From positions 7,625,260 through 7,689,259 of the forward strand of contig MU058844.1 in NCBI GenBank assembly GCA_013265495.1: a DNA stretch of 64,000 bases, in the 5' to 3' direction. Source of the stretch: Vicugna vicugna. Taxonomy: Eukaryota. Below, one piece after another: positions 37,753 through 50,580 of the stretch. A program made the position numbers and the translations under genes. Under the pieces are notes generated by a model. It was not told the DNA's origin. It saw only the letters and a list, made by a program, of their open reading frames with translations, and ran no database searches. Positions within the stretch are counted from its first letter, which is position 1, and each line of letters opens with the position of its first letter.

Positions 37753-38929
37753 CTGTAAAGAAGAGAACTTCAACAAAGAAAGGGTGAATTTCTTTTTTTC
37801 CATAGAGATCACAGTCTCAACATATAGGAACCTTCTGGTTCCTACCACAAGAGGTTGTGTTGAGTTTGGGTTTTTTTCCTTTCCCTTCTTCCCCTTTCCC
37901 TCCTCTCTGCCTCCTCCTCCTCTTTCCTCCCTCTTGCCCTCCACTCCTCCTCTTCTGTCTCTGCCTTTCTCTTCTTTTTTATTATACCTGAGAGGCTGCT
38001 ATTTTTTCAGATGATCCTAAATATGTTTGGGGACATCAAGGTGCATCTGGCCTGAGCGATGCTCAATCACCCAGTGCAGCATGCAGCATCTCCTGTTCCA
38101 GACTGATGATGTAAGATAGAGCTAGGTAGAAATACTCAGCCTGATTGGATCAGTGGGATTTAACTCTTTGTGTTTTATTTCTGCTTTAACTGCCTTACAA
38201 TGACTAAACCCATTCTAAGAGGAAGAAGGGAAAAGGTATATAGCCAGTCCCTACATCACTTGTCTTAGAATAATATGAAAATATTTCACTCACTCCTGGT
38301 GAATATTTGGACATTTAAAGGTTTGACTCTTTGCCCTAGAAAAGAACGCTTGTTTTTGATGTCTGATAGTTTGGGCTCTAGATTACTAGTTCATTAAAAC
38401 CTACAATAAAAGACACATCGAGGCTAGGATCCATGCAGACTGATAAAAAGGATCCTGGGAAACAGTGGAGATAGGAGGACCAGCAGGATGGCTCCTCCGT
38501 GGAATTCCAAATTTGTGGGAGCAAAGGGAAGGAATCTTAGAGGTAATTAATATAACCTCTTGGGCAGAGAATAATGCCTACACAGAAAGGCTCCTGAGCT
38601 GCAGTGTCACCAGGAGAGGTCCAGGAGGAAGAGTACTGCAGATACAGATGATGTAATATGTCAGGCAGAGCTGCTTCCTCATGGTTATCTGTGGCAAAAT
38701 GTCAGTGTCACTTCTGACTATGATTATGATTGACTTGAGACACTGCTCCTAGTCTACTGGGAATCATGTGGCTCATGCTTGCCACAATACGCTTTCCCAT
38801 GGGCCATCTCTTCCATTATCCCAAGGTCAAGCCCAGAGAACCAAGGGGACCACTAGATTCTATAAACATTTGAGTACCTGTGACCCGCCATTAAGCAACA
38901 TTCTACTTCCACATCTTCCTTCGTCCTAC

Positions 38930-39510
38930 CCATCTTCTCTCTCTTTTTAATCATTAATGCTTCTCTCTGTCTGGAATTATTTCCAACAATCATTCTAAAG
39001 TATCTCCCTTATCGAAACAAAACAAAAACCTTCCTGTGATGTTCATATTCTCCTTCAGCTGACATCTAGTACCTGTGCTCCTCATTTAGCCAGAAGTACT
39101 GAAAAAGTTTTTGTCATCTCTGCTCTACTTCTCTCATTCTCTCCTCAGTCCACTCTGGCTTTCACCTTTGCTGGTTCACTGCAACAGTGATTGCCAAATC
39201 TGGCATGTATCTCCATTGGTGCTGAATGCTACCATATTGTTGGGTCATCCTCTTGTCTTAGCAGCAGCATGTGACACAGTTAATCATAGTGTTCTAATAA
39301 TTCCCTGACTTAGCCCTCTGTGATGCCACTCCTGCGGGGTTCAACTCTTCCTTCACTGAGAGTCTTTAACAGGTTACTCTGCTGGATTCTCCTTATCTTC
39401 TCAAATTCTAAATTTTGGAGTTCTCCTGGGTGTAATTCTCGTCTCATGATTTTTTTTTACCGTCTATACCCTGCTAATTCCTAAATTTATATCTATAGTC
39501 TACTATTCCT
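38930..39510 (+). mobile_element. LINE-2 fragment
   Basis: ctcagtccactctggctttc, gcagcatgtgacacagttaatcat, tctaaattttggagttctcctggg. Confidence 0.8.
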
Positions 39511-40168
39511 CTACCACAAATTCATTTAATGAAATGAAATATTATAAGCCCATTTAAAATTTAAAAAACAATGTCCATCTAAGTTATTCCATTTCAACTT
39601 TGTAACAGCCCTAAAGTGTAGATATTGTTTTCAGTCTTAGGTGAATAAACTGCTTAGAGGAGTGAAATAACTTCACTTCAAAGTATTTTAAAAGTGCGAA
39701 GAAACAAAGGATTAAAAATTAGAAAACAGCTTTAATGTAACTGCTCATATACGCCTAGGTATTACAATTTTTAGTGGCACAAATACAGTGCTACTCTTCA
39801 AAGTGACATTACTCTATTCAATATATAATAAATATATCCTGTAAGAATATGCATTTTCCATAGAACTCACTAGAATAAAACTATATTAACTTTTAAAATG
39901 TATGTAACAAACAAACATTTTTTTTCTGAAATGATCCTTCAGGGGGAAAAAAGTGACCCCCAAAGAAACTAATGTTACTAATGAAACAGCGGCAGACCGA
40001 CCCAGCAAGACAGACTACTCCAGCCATAATATTTAGTTCCCAATTAGTCTTTGGAGAAAATTTCTAGGGAAAATCATTAACTAAAAGAATTGATTTATTA
40101 GAACAATCAAGAAAATCGATGCTTTAAAACCTTAAAGTTCAAACAGGAGTTGAATTAATTTTTTATAC

Positions 40169-40260
40169 TTTCAAACAAATATTGCCACGCCACAAAGCGA
40201 TAGGCATGGCGGGTGCTGCAAGATGTCCTTGCTCTGCGAGTCTAATTCCACAAGGTTGCT
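40169..40260 (-). pseudogene. Candidate exon SNLVELDSQSKDILQHPPCLSLC...
   Basis: cttttatattttag acceptor; E-L-D-x3-K-x2-L loop-like; donor uncertain. Confidence 0.4.
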
Positions 40261-41563
40261 CTAAAATATAAAAGCGGGTCAGCAGGGGACACGACTAATA
40301 AATGTGGATGAGATGAAAGCGAACTGTACAAACCCAATATTATTTTTGCAACCTAATGATATTTGAAAACTATTTGCTGGGTAATTACAATTAATCCAAA
40401 AGAAAATCTGGCATCCTGTGCTTTTAATTCAATTTATGAGTGATTAGGGCATTGAGAAGGTAAGATAATAGCTCCCTTAATGGGGCCGCTTTTAAGCACA
40501 AAATTACCTTTTGAATGCTTGAAGGAAAACATTTCAAGATTTAAAGAACCCTGCAGTGATTATTAAAACCTCTGACAAGTATTCTCTATGCTCTAATAAT
40601 CAAACAAAATAGGAGTTCTTTGCCCTACTTAGCTTTCACCTTTCAATCCAGGTCAGCCAACCCCACCACGTTGTTGCATCCTGGCTCTCATCTTCATGAT
40701 AAGCTCTGTAATCTCAAACTAATTTTCCCCTTTTGAGCACAACTTCTTGTCTTTCCCTTCTCCCAAAGCTTCAGTGTTGCAGAATCTGATCATTCACCTC
40801 GGCACGGTCCCCACTCCCTCTGCTTATTTTTATCATCAACTCTTTATTTCCTGTAACTCTTTATTTCTTCAACCTCCCTACCAGAGACATATACTTCACT
40901 CATATTCTCACCATACCTCTTTGAGAATCTACCAGAACTTGCATAGAGAGCATTCAGAGCCTCAAGGACAAGGCCTGAGATAACTGTCAAAGGTCATTAT
41001 GATTATAAACTAAGGAGAGATGGGCACAAATAACAGCAGGAAGGTAAAATACTGGGATAGCAAAGAACCAGGACAACATGACCAAAAAACAGCAGAAGCA
41101 GCAGTTTAGCAGGAGAGAGATCTGGGTGAGTATCAGAGCCCTGCAGCATGTGTGGGAAAGCTGGCTACATGCCAACAGCCAGATCCTGTTTCCCACCTGT
41201 CCTTTGGTCCACCTGCTGGAAAGCTCTGGCATATGCTGGCGCATTTATCAGGCAGGCTGCGGTCTCTTGTGTTCATTTTTCTAATGCTTATGTCATACCA
41301 AACACGTTAATGGAGTTACTTATAACTCCAATAGTTATAAATAGTTACTGGATAGTATTAATGGTACAGGATTGGATCTCATTATAAGGGACATGGTTCA
41401 GGGAACAATGGCAGTGTAGTCACCCCTGTTTCTTAAAGATATACGTAATACAGTGTTAACATTAGGTACGTTACAATAACAAGACAAAGTCTGACTGATA
41501 CAGGCTCAAGACATAAACAGGGCCTTTCCTTTCCCCTAAGTGAAAATAACATACTCAACCAGT

Positions 41564-42538
41564 CAGGGCTGGTTTCAAATGTGTGACCTGGGCAATCACC
41601 CAGAGTCCCACATCCTGAAGGAACCCAGCTTGGTTTAATGCTCTGTTGTTGCCTTCTTCAAATTTCTAATCATTTTATCTTTCAACTTGCGTTTTGTGAG
41701 TTAAGACTGAGGGGACAATGGAGCATGCATCTCAGAAAGGATATGTGCGACATGCCTGTCCATCACCGTCCCTGGTCACCCCAGTAGCATGTAACATTTG
41801 CAATACTCCACAAGCACAGAGGTCTGGGTATACAATGCGTGGGAGTTCATGAGACTCAAAGTTAGCCCAGGACTTCTGTGTTACATCTACAACTGAGTAA
41901 GCGGAGCACACCGGTCCTGAGAGGTCACACTTACTATTAGAACCAGAACTTCCTTCAAATGCAGACAAAAGACAATGGCATTCTACAAAACACGAACAAA
42001 CCAGAAATCCTACTGTATCCTTTCATGTTTCTGTTACTTCTTGTATTAGCTGAACATTTACACTGAAAATGATGACATAGGAAAAAAAAAAAAGGGGAAG
42101 AGCAAACTATAGTTCTTTTTCCCTCCCTTACTCATCAGAGAGCTGAAGATAGTACATTGATAGAATGTGTGAATATCAAAACACAAAATAAGGACAAATT
42201 TTGTGCAGCATTTCCATATATATGAAATATGACTTGTATACTTTTGGTGGTTCTGCATATGAGTTAAATGTTCCTATATTTGCATTATAAACACATATTG
42301 CATAATTTAAGTATGAGCGGTAAAATCCATGCTAGTAATTTAAAAATTTAATTTTTCTTACTTATAATGACATTAAATATCCAACACAAAACACAATGGC
42401 AAGTCAAGAGAGAGACTATGGAAGGAAAAGAAAAAGCTTTGTGTTCTATTACTTTTAAAGATAATTTTCTCCTTTTGGAATATGGGGTCCTGCATTTTAA
42501 TTTTGCATTGGATTCTACAAATTATATAGCCAGTCCTT
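41564..42538 (+). mobile_element. MER45B/C-like hAT-Tip100 element with 8-bp TSD
   Basis: Termini cagggctggtttc...cttggtttaatgctctg and ttttgcattgg...caaattatatagccagtcct; flanks caaccagt / caactagt. Confidence 0.9.
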
Positions 42539-43789
42539 CAACTAGTTTACAAACAGAGGGCTGATCATATTCAGTTGTGTGTGAAAGAGAAGAAAGGCAA
42601 AGAGAATGGCTAGGCTTACTTTGGTGGTGAACCCTACTTACTTACATAGTATTTGGACATAGGAAGGTAAGATGCACACAAAATGCTTATGTAGTTGCAG
42701 CATCTTAATTTACGTGCCCAGAAAGTTTTCAGTTTAGAGATGAAAACTGTTGGATGAAGCAAGTTTTCTTCTGTTCCCGTGCAACTTCCCCTCCTCCCAC
42801 TTTTGAGAGTAAAATGAGTATTTATTATCATTTGTGGACATTTTAAGAGATGGTCAATTGTATTAATAAAAATCTAATCTGTTGTAAAGAAACGTGCTAG
42901 TTAACATTATACTCTCATCTGTAGGAGAAATACAATGATAAGGGTAGGTGGATTACACAAAACAGCAGATAATTCTCTGTATTTCATTCCTTTCCAACTT
43001 GACTATTGGCTTGTTTCAGGGTTTTCCAGGCGCAATGCTTACTCTAATTACTTATTATAAATTGCTGCGCCACTTAATAGCTTTCTGTAACAAGCACTCT
43101 AATCATATAGAAATTGTCCAACATTTAGTCAGTTATGCTGTCCTTCATTCATCTCATCACTGTCACTCAACATTTAAGCTCGTCTTGATTTATTGGTTTT
43201 GATGACTCTTTCCTTTACTCAGCACAGATGGAAATAAGTGCTCTTAGAACCTGAACAACATTTAATTCCTATTAACTAAGGAAAGAATACAGAGCATTGC
43301 CACTTCTATTACATTTAGAAACAGGAATAAACTATTTTAGTTTTCAAATTTACTAGTTCCTTAAAGCAAGGATGCAGTACTTTTTTTTTTTTAAGTAAGG
43401 TAATTTATTAGTGGAAATGGTTAACATTTGCACACACCTTGTCCTCTCAAATTTCTCTTTTTTCTCTCATACATATCAAGTTGGTTCTCAGTCACTGTGC
43501 ACCTGTGGAATCCTTCAAATACTGCAGTATTTCAATAAGCCCCTCCTTCCTTCTGATGATTACACAGAAGCTTTGGCTCAGAGGTCCCCTGCTGAAGGGT
43601 TTGCTTCTGAAGTTTTAGGTTCTTCGTATAACCATGTCAGGGTGTTTCTCTTCCCAGTAAAGAAATACTGACTTTGTTATTAGTTAACATGTAATATTAA
43701 TACCTTGCTTTCCCTGGAGATCTTCAGCTTTGCTAGTCAGTTTTCTTACAGATAATAGACTCAGACTTAACTTTTATAAGATAATAAAC

Positions 43790-43832
43790 CTTCTTTGAGA
43801 AACAAGGCCAGTTTTTCCCTGTCTTTTGTTTC
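43790..43832 (-). pseudogene. Candidate exon ETKDREKLALFLKE
   Basis: Strong acceptor ctttatctcatatcttttag; donor uncertain. Confidence 0.3.
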
Positions 43833-43929
43833 CTAAAAGATATGAGATAAAGCCCCCATCTTTCTATGGTTCTATAAAACACCTACATTTATCATATTTA
43901 TTTTAAATGTTTCTTATTAAAAAAATAAT

Positions 43930-44085
43930 TTGTCCTCCCTCAAAACTGGGAGTTTTGGGCAGAAGCAGATAGGGTAGGATAAAGAGAAATTATTTCTCGT
44001 TCATTCTGCATTCTCAGGACTTACCCAGTTCTTTCATATACTAAGCACTCAATAGATGTTTGCTGAATAAACTAAATGGTTGAAT
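43930..44085 (+). mobile_element. LINE-2 3' end
   Basis: taagcactcaatagatgtttgctgaataaa. Confidence 0.75.
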
Positions 44086-44220
44086 TTTAATCTAGATTTC
44101 CCCAGGGAGATCGCATTCAGTCATAACCCCAGATGTTACCGGCTGGCTCTACTTACTCGCCTTACTGCAGGAATTCTAGCTTCCTGTCGTGGTGTGTGGT
44201 TACTTGTGGTGGGGACTTAC

Positions 44221-44251
44221 ATGGGCTCACGGACAGTGTTGCCGCTGGCTT
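44221..44251 (-). pseudogene. Candidate 31-nt exon
   Basis: ttgttttatag acceptor, consensus gtaagt donor. Confidence 0.4.
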
Positions 44252-44474
44252 CTATAAAACAATTTGCGATGAAAGCCGCACACTACTGGAATGGTATGGA
44301 CCCCGTTCACAATGACAGTCTTCTTGCCTACAGCATTAACTTCTCAAAGCTAAACCCTGAAGCTGCCAAGGAGGTACTGGGTTCCCTTCAGTCAGCACTG
44401 TTCAGGTGCTACACTGTTTTTCTATGTAAAGATGAGGACTCCTGTTCTCTCCAAATAAATGACAGACACTTGTC

Positions 44475-44660
44475 ATCATTAATTCATGTCTTCAATTAAC
44501 AAAGCAGTGCTGAATGTCTTCTATGTGCTAAGCACTGCTCAAGACACTGGAGATCAAACAATGAACAAGAGAGTAAAGAGAAAACAATGAACAAGACAGG
44601 AAAGGTACCTATTATCTTGGCATTTAAATACAAGTGAGACAAGAGATGATAAATACTTGA
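44475..44660 (-). mobile_element. LINE-2 3' end
   Basis: ctatgtgctaagcactgctc...ctggagat...atgaacaagacag. Confidence 0.8.
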
Positions 44661-45576
44661 CAGATCTATGGTTTCAGAGATGATACAGCACAGCCTGTGT
44701 TCCCTATCTCAATGCCCCATTTCTCTCAATCGGAGTCACAAGCTTCCTTCATATTTTATGGCTTCTGAAATCAAGATGTCTATTACACTGATGTGTAAAT
44801 TTAACGTGGTGCATCCTTTAATGTTGTTTTCTGTGAACACTTGTTATTAATAGTGCTTGTGATGAAGGATGGCTCCCTAGGATGAAAGAAATATTGCAAT
44901 GCCTTCTGAAGGCATCGTTTTTAAGTTTTGCCTGCTGCACCTCCCACTGAACACTGAAAACCAATTCATGGGGTTTTTTTGGGGGGGGGTCTTTGGTTTT
45001 GTTTTTGGTAAGTTGATCGCATTTTTTTTTTTTTTTACCATTTCAGAGACTACTCCTCAAAATCATCTACTCGAAGGAAATCCCATTTGCAACCTAGACC
45101 AGCTACTTCTTACACTTTCTCCTGAATTTTTCTCCTCAATATTATATAATTACATCCAAAAACCAGCTCATTCAACTGAGCCGAGAACTGGAGAGCATAC
45201 TCACCACCGGCTGTCTTTCCCCAAGGCCTCATATTCATTCTCCATGAAGACCCACCTCATTCCTCTTAATCAGCTCATGAGATACATTCTTGATGGGCCT
45301 GCATGACCTCTTCACTAAACGTATTCAGACTCGCCTCAGACTTAACCACAGGCACTACTTAGGCTCAAGCTGTACAACATTTTATAGCTGAAAATTATCT
45401 TGTCCAATCATCTCCTTTTACAGATAAGAAAACGAAAACCTCAGAGGTTACATCAGATGTTCAAAGTCTACTCTAGCATCAGGATTGGCGCTCCCATATT
45501 CCCAGCCTGGAATCCATTTATTTTTCCACAAGACTATGCTACCAACTTACTTTAAATACTTTTAAAATTCTTTCAC

Positions 45577-45693
45577 CTTGCGTCCAGACAGGATTCTTCC
45601 TAGATAACACATATGAAATGTTCAAAATTAAAATCTGCAAGATCTTGTAAGAAGCTTTGAAAGACATCATTGGATGCCTCCTCGACAGTGGGG
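45577..45693 (-). pseudogene. Candidate exon PTVEEASNDVFQSFLQDLADFNFEHFICVI*EESCLDA
   Basis: tatcctgtag acceptor, gtgaaa donor; 117 nt with one TAG; F-x2-F-L-x2-L exit-helix pattern. Confidence 0.35.
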
Positions 45694-46599
45694 CTACAGG
45701 ATACTTAAGAATGTGTAAGATGCCGTCTCAGCCCTTGAAAAATCACAGTCTCATGGACAATGGAAAGCCAAACATTGCAACTTATGATCATCTTCAAACA
45801 ATGCTTGCTCAAGAAGAACATGTAGTGTTACACTAACAATTTGTTTAATAATTTAAAATGATTGTCAGTTGCTGGTCATGCCTAGGTTGGAGCCTATTAC
45901 ACACAAAGGACAGTATAAATTATGGGTGACCTATCAGTACAGGCTTCATGTTTCATGACAAAGAGGAAAAGTTATATAATATGGACCGCAGGAGTCTTTA
46001 TCCCACTCATTCACTAAAATTCATCTTCAAGTAGGCAGTGGTAAAGCTAACAAAATTCTCGCTTCATGGAAAGGACAGGAGTCACATGTCTTTTCTTTTT
46101 CCTAATAGGCTACATGCACCAAAGCATCCGTGGGAAATGATGGTGGGAAATTTTGCTCAGATAAAAGATGGTTCCTTTTTCTGAGAGGGCTGTGAGAAAA
46201 AAATTCTGTGAAAGACTTTGGACTTTGTGATTTACATGTTAGAGGCACTGGATATGAATAATGTGGTATTTTTATAATAAGTAGACAGATGACACATACT
46301 TCATACTGTGTTTGGGAAGAATGCTTCACTCTTAACCACTATTTAATCTTGATTTTAGAATCATGTGTTTCATCAAATATCACCCAAGTATTATCACAAG
46401 GAATTACACACATCATCAAGCAAATATTTGATAGGGAGCCTTGGAAAAGAAATCTATGCTTCCAGTCCATTTGTGCTGAATTTGGAATTCTGCTTTACAC
46501 TCCTCCTGAAGACAGTGGTAAGAACAAGTGTGAGGGGAGCAGTAGCTGATGAAATGAGGTTGGGAAGTTCTAGACTTTTTCCTATGTTCCCATACCAGA

Positions 46600-47042
46600 T
46601 ATGTTCCCATACCAGAGCTGCTGTAGCAGAGTACCACGAGCTGACTGTCTTCAAACAATGGAAACATACTGTCTCACCGTCCTGGGGGCAGAAAGTCTAA
46701 GACTGAGGTATCAGCAAGGCAATGACCCCTCTGGAGCTGCAGGGAGGGATCTGGTCCAGGCCTCTCTCCTAGCTTCTGGAAGTTTCTTGGTTTGTGGCAG
46801 CCCACCTGCAATCCTCAAAGGTGCCATCCCTGTGTACATCTCAGTGTCCAGATCTCCCCCTTTTTTTTATAAAGACACCAGTCATATGGGATCAGGGGTC
46901 CTTCCTACTCCAGGATGACCTTTTTCAATTTTATTAATTACATCCACAATGACCCTGTTTCCAAATAGGTTCATGTTCTGAGGTGCTGGGGGCTAGGATG
47001 TCAACAAATACATTTTTAGGGAACACAATTCAACCCATAACA
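46600..47042 (-). mobile_element. MLT1C-like MaLR solo LTR
   Basis: gctgctgtagcagagtaccac...tttccaaataggt...ggaacacaattcaacccataaca. Confidence 0.9.
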
Positions 47043-47395
47043 GTGTATTAAAATCTTTTGGAATAACCCTAAAGAATAACATTTTATTTTGGCTTTATTT
47101 AAGAATACCTTTTCTTCCTCTGTTTTTTGTTTGTCTGTTTGTTTTATAATAGAACACTTTATTACTATGTTTTTGTCAGCATCTTATAAAACAGTATAAG
47201 AAAGAGGCAAAAGGGAAAATTAAGGCTCAAAATGTAAATACCTAAATTTAAGGTGGTGGTGATGTGAATGGGAAATGGAACTTGAAAAGGAAGTTGTGTA
47301 GATCATTGCTGAAAAGGTAGAAAGACAGAAGTGTAATGAATATGAAGGGGAGAAGAGACTGCAACACAAAGAAGATATTCAGTTGGTGGACTGCC

Positions 47396-47735
47396 TATAT
47401 CAACTGGCTTTTGGTGCATAACAGGTCACCCCAAATCTCCATGGCTTAAAATGGTCAACATGCATTTCTCACTCCTGTGGAATTCAGCAGCTCTGTACTG
47501 AACTTGCCTGATCACTGCTCGTTCACTCACGTGTCCCTCATTCTCCTCCTGGGATTAGTAGGCATGGCCAGCACATCCTCTTCAGGAAATGGCAGAGGCA
47601 AAGAGGGCAAGTGGAAATATCTAAGGCCTCTTGAGGCCTGGGCTTGGAAATGCACAACTTTGCTTCTACTTCATTCTATCGTCCAAAGCAAATTACATAG
47701 CTGAGCCCGGAATTTGAGTGAGAGGGCATCTTCAC
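47396..47735 (-). mobile_element. MLT1H-like MaLR LTR
   Basis: ccccaaatctccatggcttaaa...ctaaggcctcttgaggcctgggcttggaa...tccaaagcaaattacatag. Confidence 0.75.
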
Positions 47736-48185
47736 ATCTGAAGCCACTTGTCCACTGACTATCCCATCTGAGAGCTAAGGGCCAAAGGGAGCTTTCAGCC
47801 CTGTCTTGCCACCCAGAGATGCATCAACTGCAGGGTCTTCCCATGTGTAATTTCTCTCTTCAACCTGGAGTTCTTCCTTCCAAGAGCACTTATGGGCCTT
47901 GGTGATGCTACCTAAAGCCAGTGCCTAGGGAATCCAAAGGCTGCCCAAGGGAACGTCTGGTGCACGTGTTCGTGTTTAACAGTGACATAAATAAAGTGCA
48001 TGTTGATGGGTACTGAGCTGCAGGATATGCAGGTATACATATACATATCATACATACACACAAACACACAACACACACATTGGTTCTTCACACTGACAGA
48101 TTAAAACTTCGGCCTCTTCAATGTAACCTCCCTCTTTATGCCCTGATTCTACCTTCTTCATTTAAGTACAGCCAGTGTCGTTCAC

Positions 48186-48244
48186 CTCTTCCTGTTGGAT
48201 CATATTTTTTCAATATTCAGTACACTGAGAAACAGTTCAATGAC
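48186..48244 (-). pseudogene. Candidate exon SLNCFSVY*ILKKYDPTGR(G)
   Basis: gttttatatctcag acceptor, gtgaac donor. Clear EF-hand loop start KYDPTGRG; in-frame TGA at 48217-48219. Confidence 0.55.
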
Positions 48245-48554
48245 CTGAGATATAAAACCTGAGAATATCACTGGAGAGATATACAACACTTTTGAACACA
48301 TGGCTAGGTTTGATTGCATAAAAGTAGCAAATTTTACATGGGAATGCAAAATTCAATGTATAATGAATTAGGATACCTATTCATTCACTTTATATATATA
48401 TACACACACAGTACACCTACTGTACATCAAGAATTGTTCTAACTCTGGGGAGAAACTCTATCACTAAAATCATCTATTTCATAGGACTTTTTATTCTATC
48501 ACATTAAATCAGCTCTGACATAAAAAATTCAGTACATAATACATTGGATACTCT

Positions 48555-49070
48555 TTGATTCATTTAATATTTATTGAGTGCCTATTATGTTTCCCCTCAC
48601 TATTCTAGGCTGCAGAGATACTTTGAACTCAGCTTACATTTCAGCAGTAGTCATATATATTTATATATATAAAACAAATATATATATATAAATAAGTGCT
48701 GTGCAGAAAAGCTAAAGCAGAATCAAAGGACAGACTGTGACGGGTAGGTGTTACTTTATATAGGGCTCAGCAGCATGACGTCTTTGACTAGCGGACACCC
48801 GAACAAAGTAAAAATTAAACAAGGAGAGAATAAGCCAAGAGAGTATCTGAGACAGGACTCTACCAGGCAGCGATAAGAGCAGATACAGAAGCCTTGTGGC
48901 GGTATTTTGTCATATTCAAGAATAAAACAAAGGCCAGTGTGGCTACCAGAAAAGAAGCCAGCATCCAGATCCGGTGGGGCATCCATCAGAGACCCTGTCA
49001 AGATTTGGGACTTCATCCCAAGTGTTAGAAAAAGGCATCGGAGGGTTTTGAATAGGGGGTGTAGGAGGAC
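48555..49070 (-). mobile_element. LINE-2 3' portion
   Basis: atttattgagtgcctattatgt...aaggccagtgtggct...gagggttttgaatagggg. Confidence 0.85.
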
Positions 49071-49721
49071 AGTAAGTCACTATTTTTGTTATTAATGCAT
49101 GCTTTTTCACTCTGTCCACCCAAGTTCTACAATCTGGAACCAATCAATCTACCTTACAGACTTATCTTACCCACATTATTCCATAAATCCTAAGTCTCTA
49201 GGAAGAGATCCTGTCATCATTTCCCATTACTTCTGTCAATGCTTATCAAAATCTACTCATCTTCCAAAACCCCCAAGGTTAAATGCCACCTCCTTTATAA
49301 AAGAACATTTCTGATTGGAATAATTTCTCCATCTTCCATCCTTTTGATCTTTCCATGAGGTTTTTATTTCTGTGTTATTTCCTAGAAGCCCAGCTAAGCA
49401 ACACAACTGTCCAGTAATCAAATCACTGAAGAGGTCTGTAAAATGGGGAACTGTTAACATTCAGACGGTCACATATTTTATATTAAATTAAAAATGTAGT
49501 TGCATATTCATGAATATTTTAGTGCAGGGCCAAGACCTCTTCTTTGAGTGCAGATCTGTTGACTGCAGTTCTGCATAATGCTCTCTCCTAAACTACACTC
49601 ATAATGCTTTGCCCACTGACCTCAATTTTAGTTAATACTGAGCAGCAACTTTAACTTGAATATAAATCTCAAGGTATAATTCCTGAATGTTTATTATTTT
49701 CCTGTCTTTTAGTGTTTCCTA

Positions 49722-49890
49722 GAATCTTGCTGATCAAAGTCTAGTTCATGAACCAGAATCCCCATCATTATGCCTTGGAAATTGTTGGAGAGAGAATCTC
49801 AGGTTCTATAGCAGAATTAACATAAATCTGCACTTTTAACAAAATCTCCAAGTGATTCTTGCAAACATAAAAGTTGGATAAGTAATGGTC
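49722..49890. mobile_element. MER5B-like (hAT-Charlie)
   Basis: gaatctcagg...atctgcacttttaacaaaatctccaagtgattc. Confidence 0.7.
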
Positions 49891-50031
49891 TAGCACTTAC
49901 CTAATCCAACCGCAATTATTTTTTTAACTGCTTTTTTCAAGTCTCTTCAAAATATTGAACTTACTTTTCATAGACACACAACTTTCTCTCTTGATCTCCC
50001 TCTCTGCACTCATACTTGGTTAGTATGTGAA

Positions 50032-50580
50032 TATGCAGAAAAGACTTAACATAGAAGGCAGGCCTGAGCCCGTTCTCTTTAGAAAGTCCTGCCTGCAAAG
50101 TTGGGCCTTGGCTGGTGTTAGGCAACTTGACAGGTAAACAGTTCCCTATGTTGGTATAAAGTTGTCTCTAAATAGTAAAAGTGACTCTCTGTGCCTAAAC
50201 TATTTGTGCAAACAAAATAGTTTATGGTGAACAACTGAGAGTCTGGAATTTTGCTGTGTGTTAGGCAGAGGGTGCTGACGTGATGAATCTAAAACCCCTG
50301 GACTCCTGGGCTCATGTAGGCTTCCCAGGCAGATAACACTTTACCAGGGTTGTCACAGCTACTTGCTAGAGGAGTTAAGTGTATCCTGTGTGATTCCACT
50401 GGGGAGGACTCTTGGAAACGTGTGCCAGGTCTCGTCCTAACTCTGCACCCGTCACCTTTTGTTTGCTGACTCTGCTTTGGAACCTTCCCTGTAATCAATC
50501 TTAGCTCTATTTAGAACCACACACAGAATCCTTCTAGCAAATCACCCAAGTGGCAAGCAATTTTAGGGATCCAAAACACA
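50032..50580 (+). mobile_element. ERVL solo LTR (MER68-like)
   Basis: tgcagaaaagacttaacatag...gcaggcctgag...ttagaaagtcctgcctgcaaagttgg start; ...ggatccaaaacaca end. Confidence 0.85.

Noticed and set aside
37538..38014. Longest ORF (158 aa, plus strand)
   Set aside because: GTG start, runs through a CT-rich low-complexity tract, lies antisense to a candidate exon, and has no recognisable domain.
40640..40705. Minus-strand exon-like segment AYHEDESQDATTWWGWLTWIE
   Set aside because: Poor polypyrimidine tract, context resembling decayed L2, and no motif support.
43517..43532. 16-bp palindrome aaatactgcagtattt (also small hairpins near 20245 and 25230)
   Set aside because: Isolated and chance-level; no RNA gene or TIR context.
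44080..44499. 139-aa plus-strand ORF
   Set aside because: TTG start in an L2 tail, ends in another L2 tail, and has no recognisable homology.
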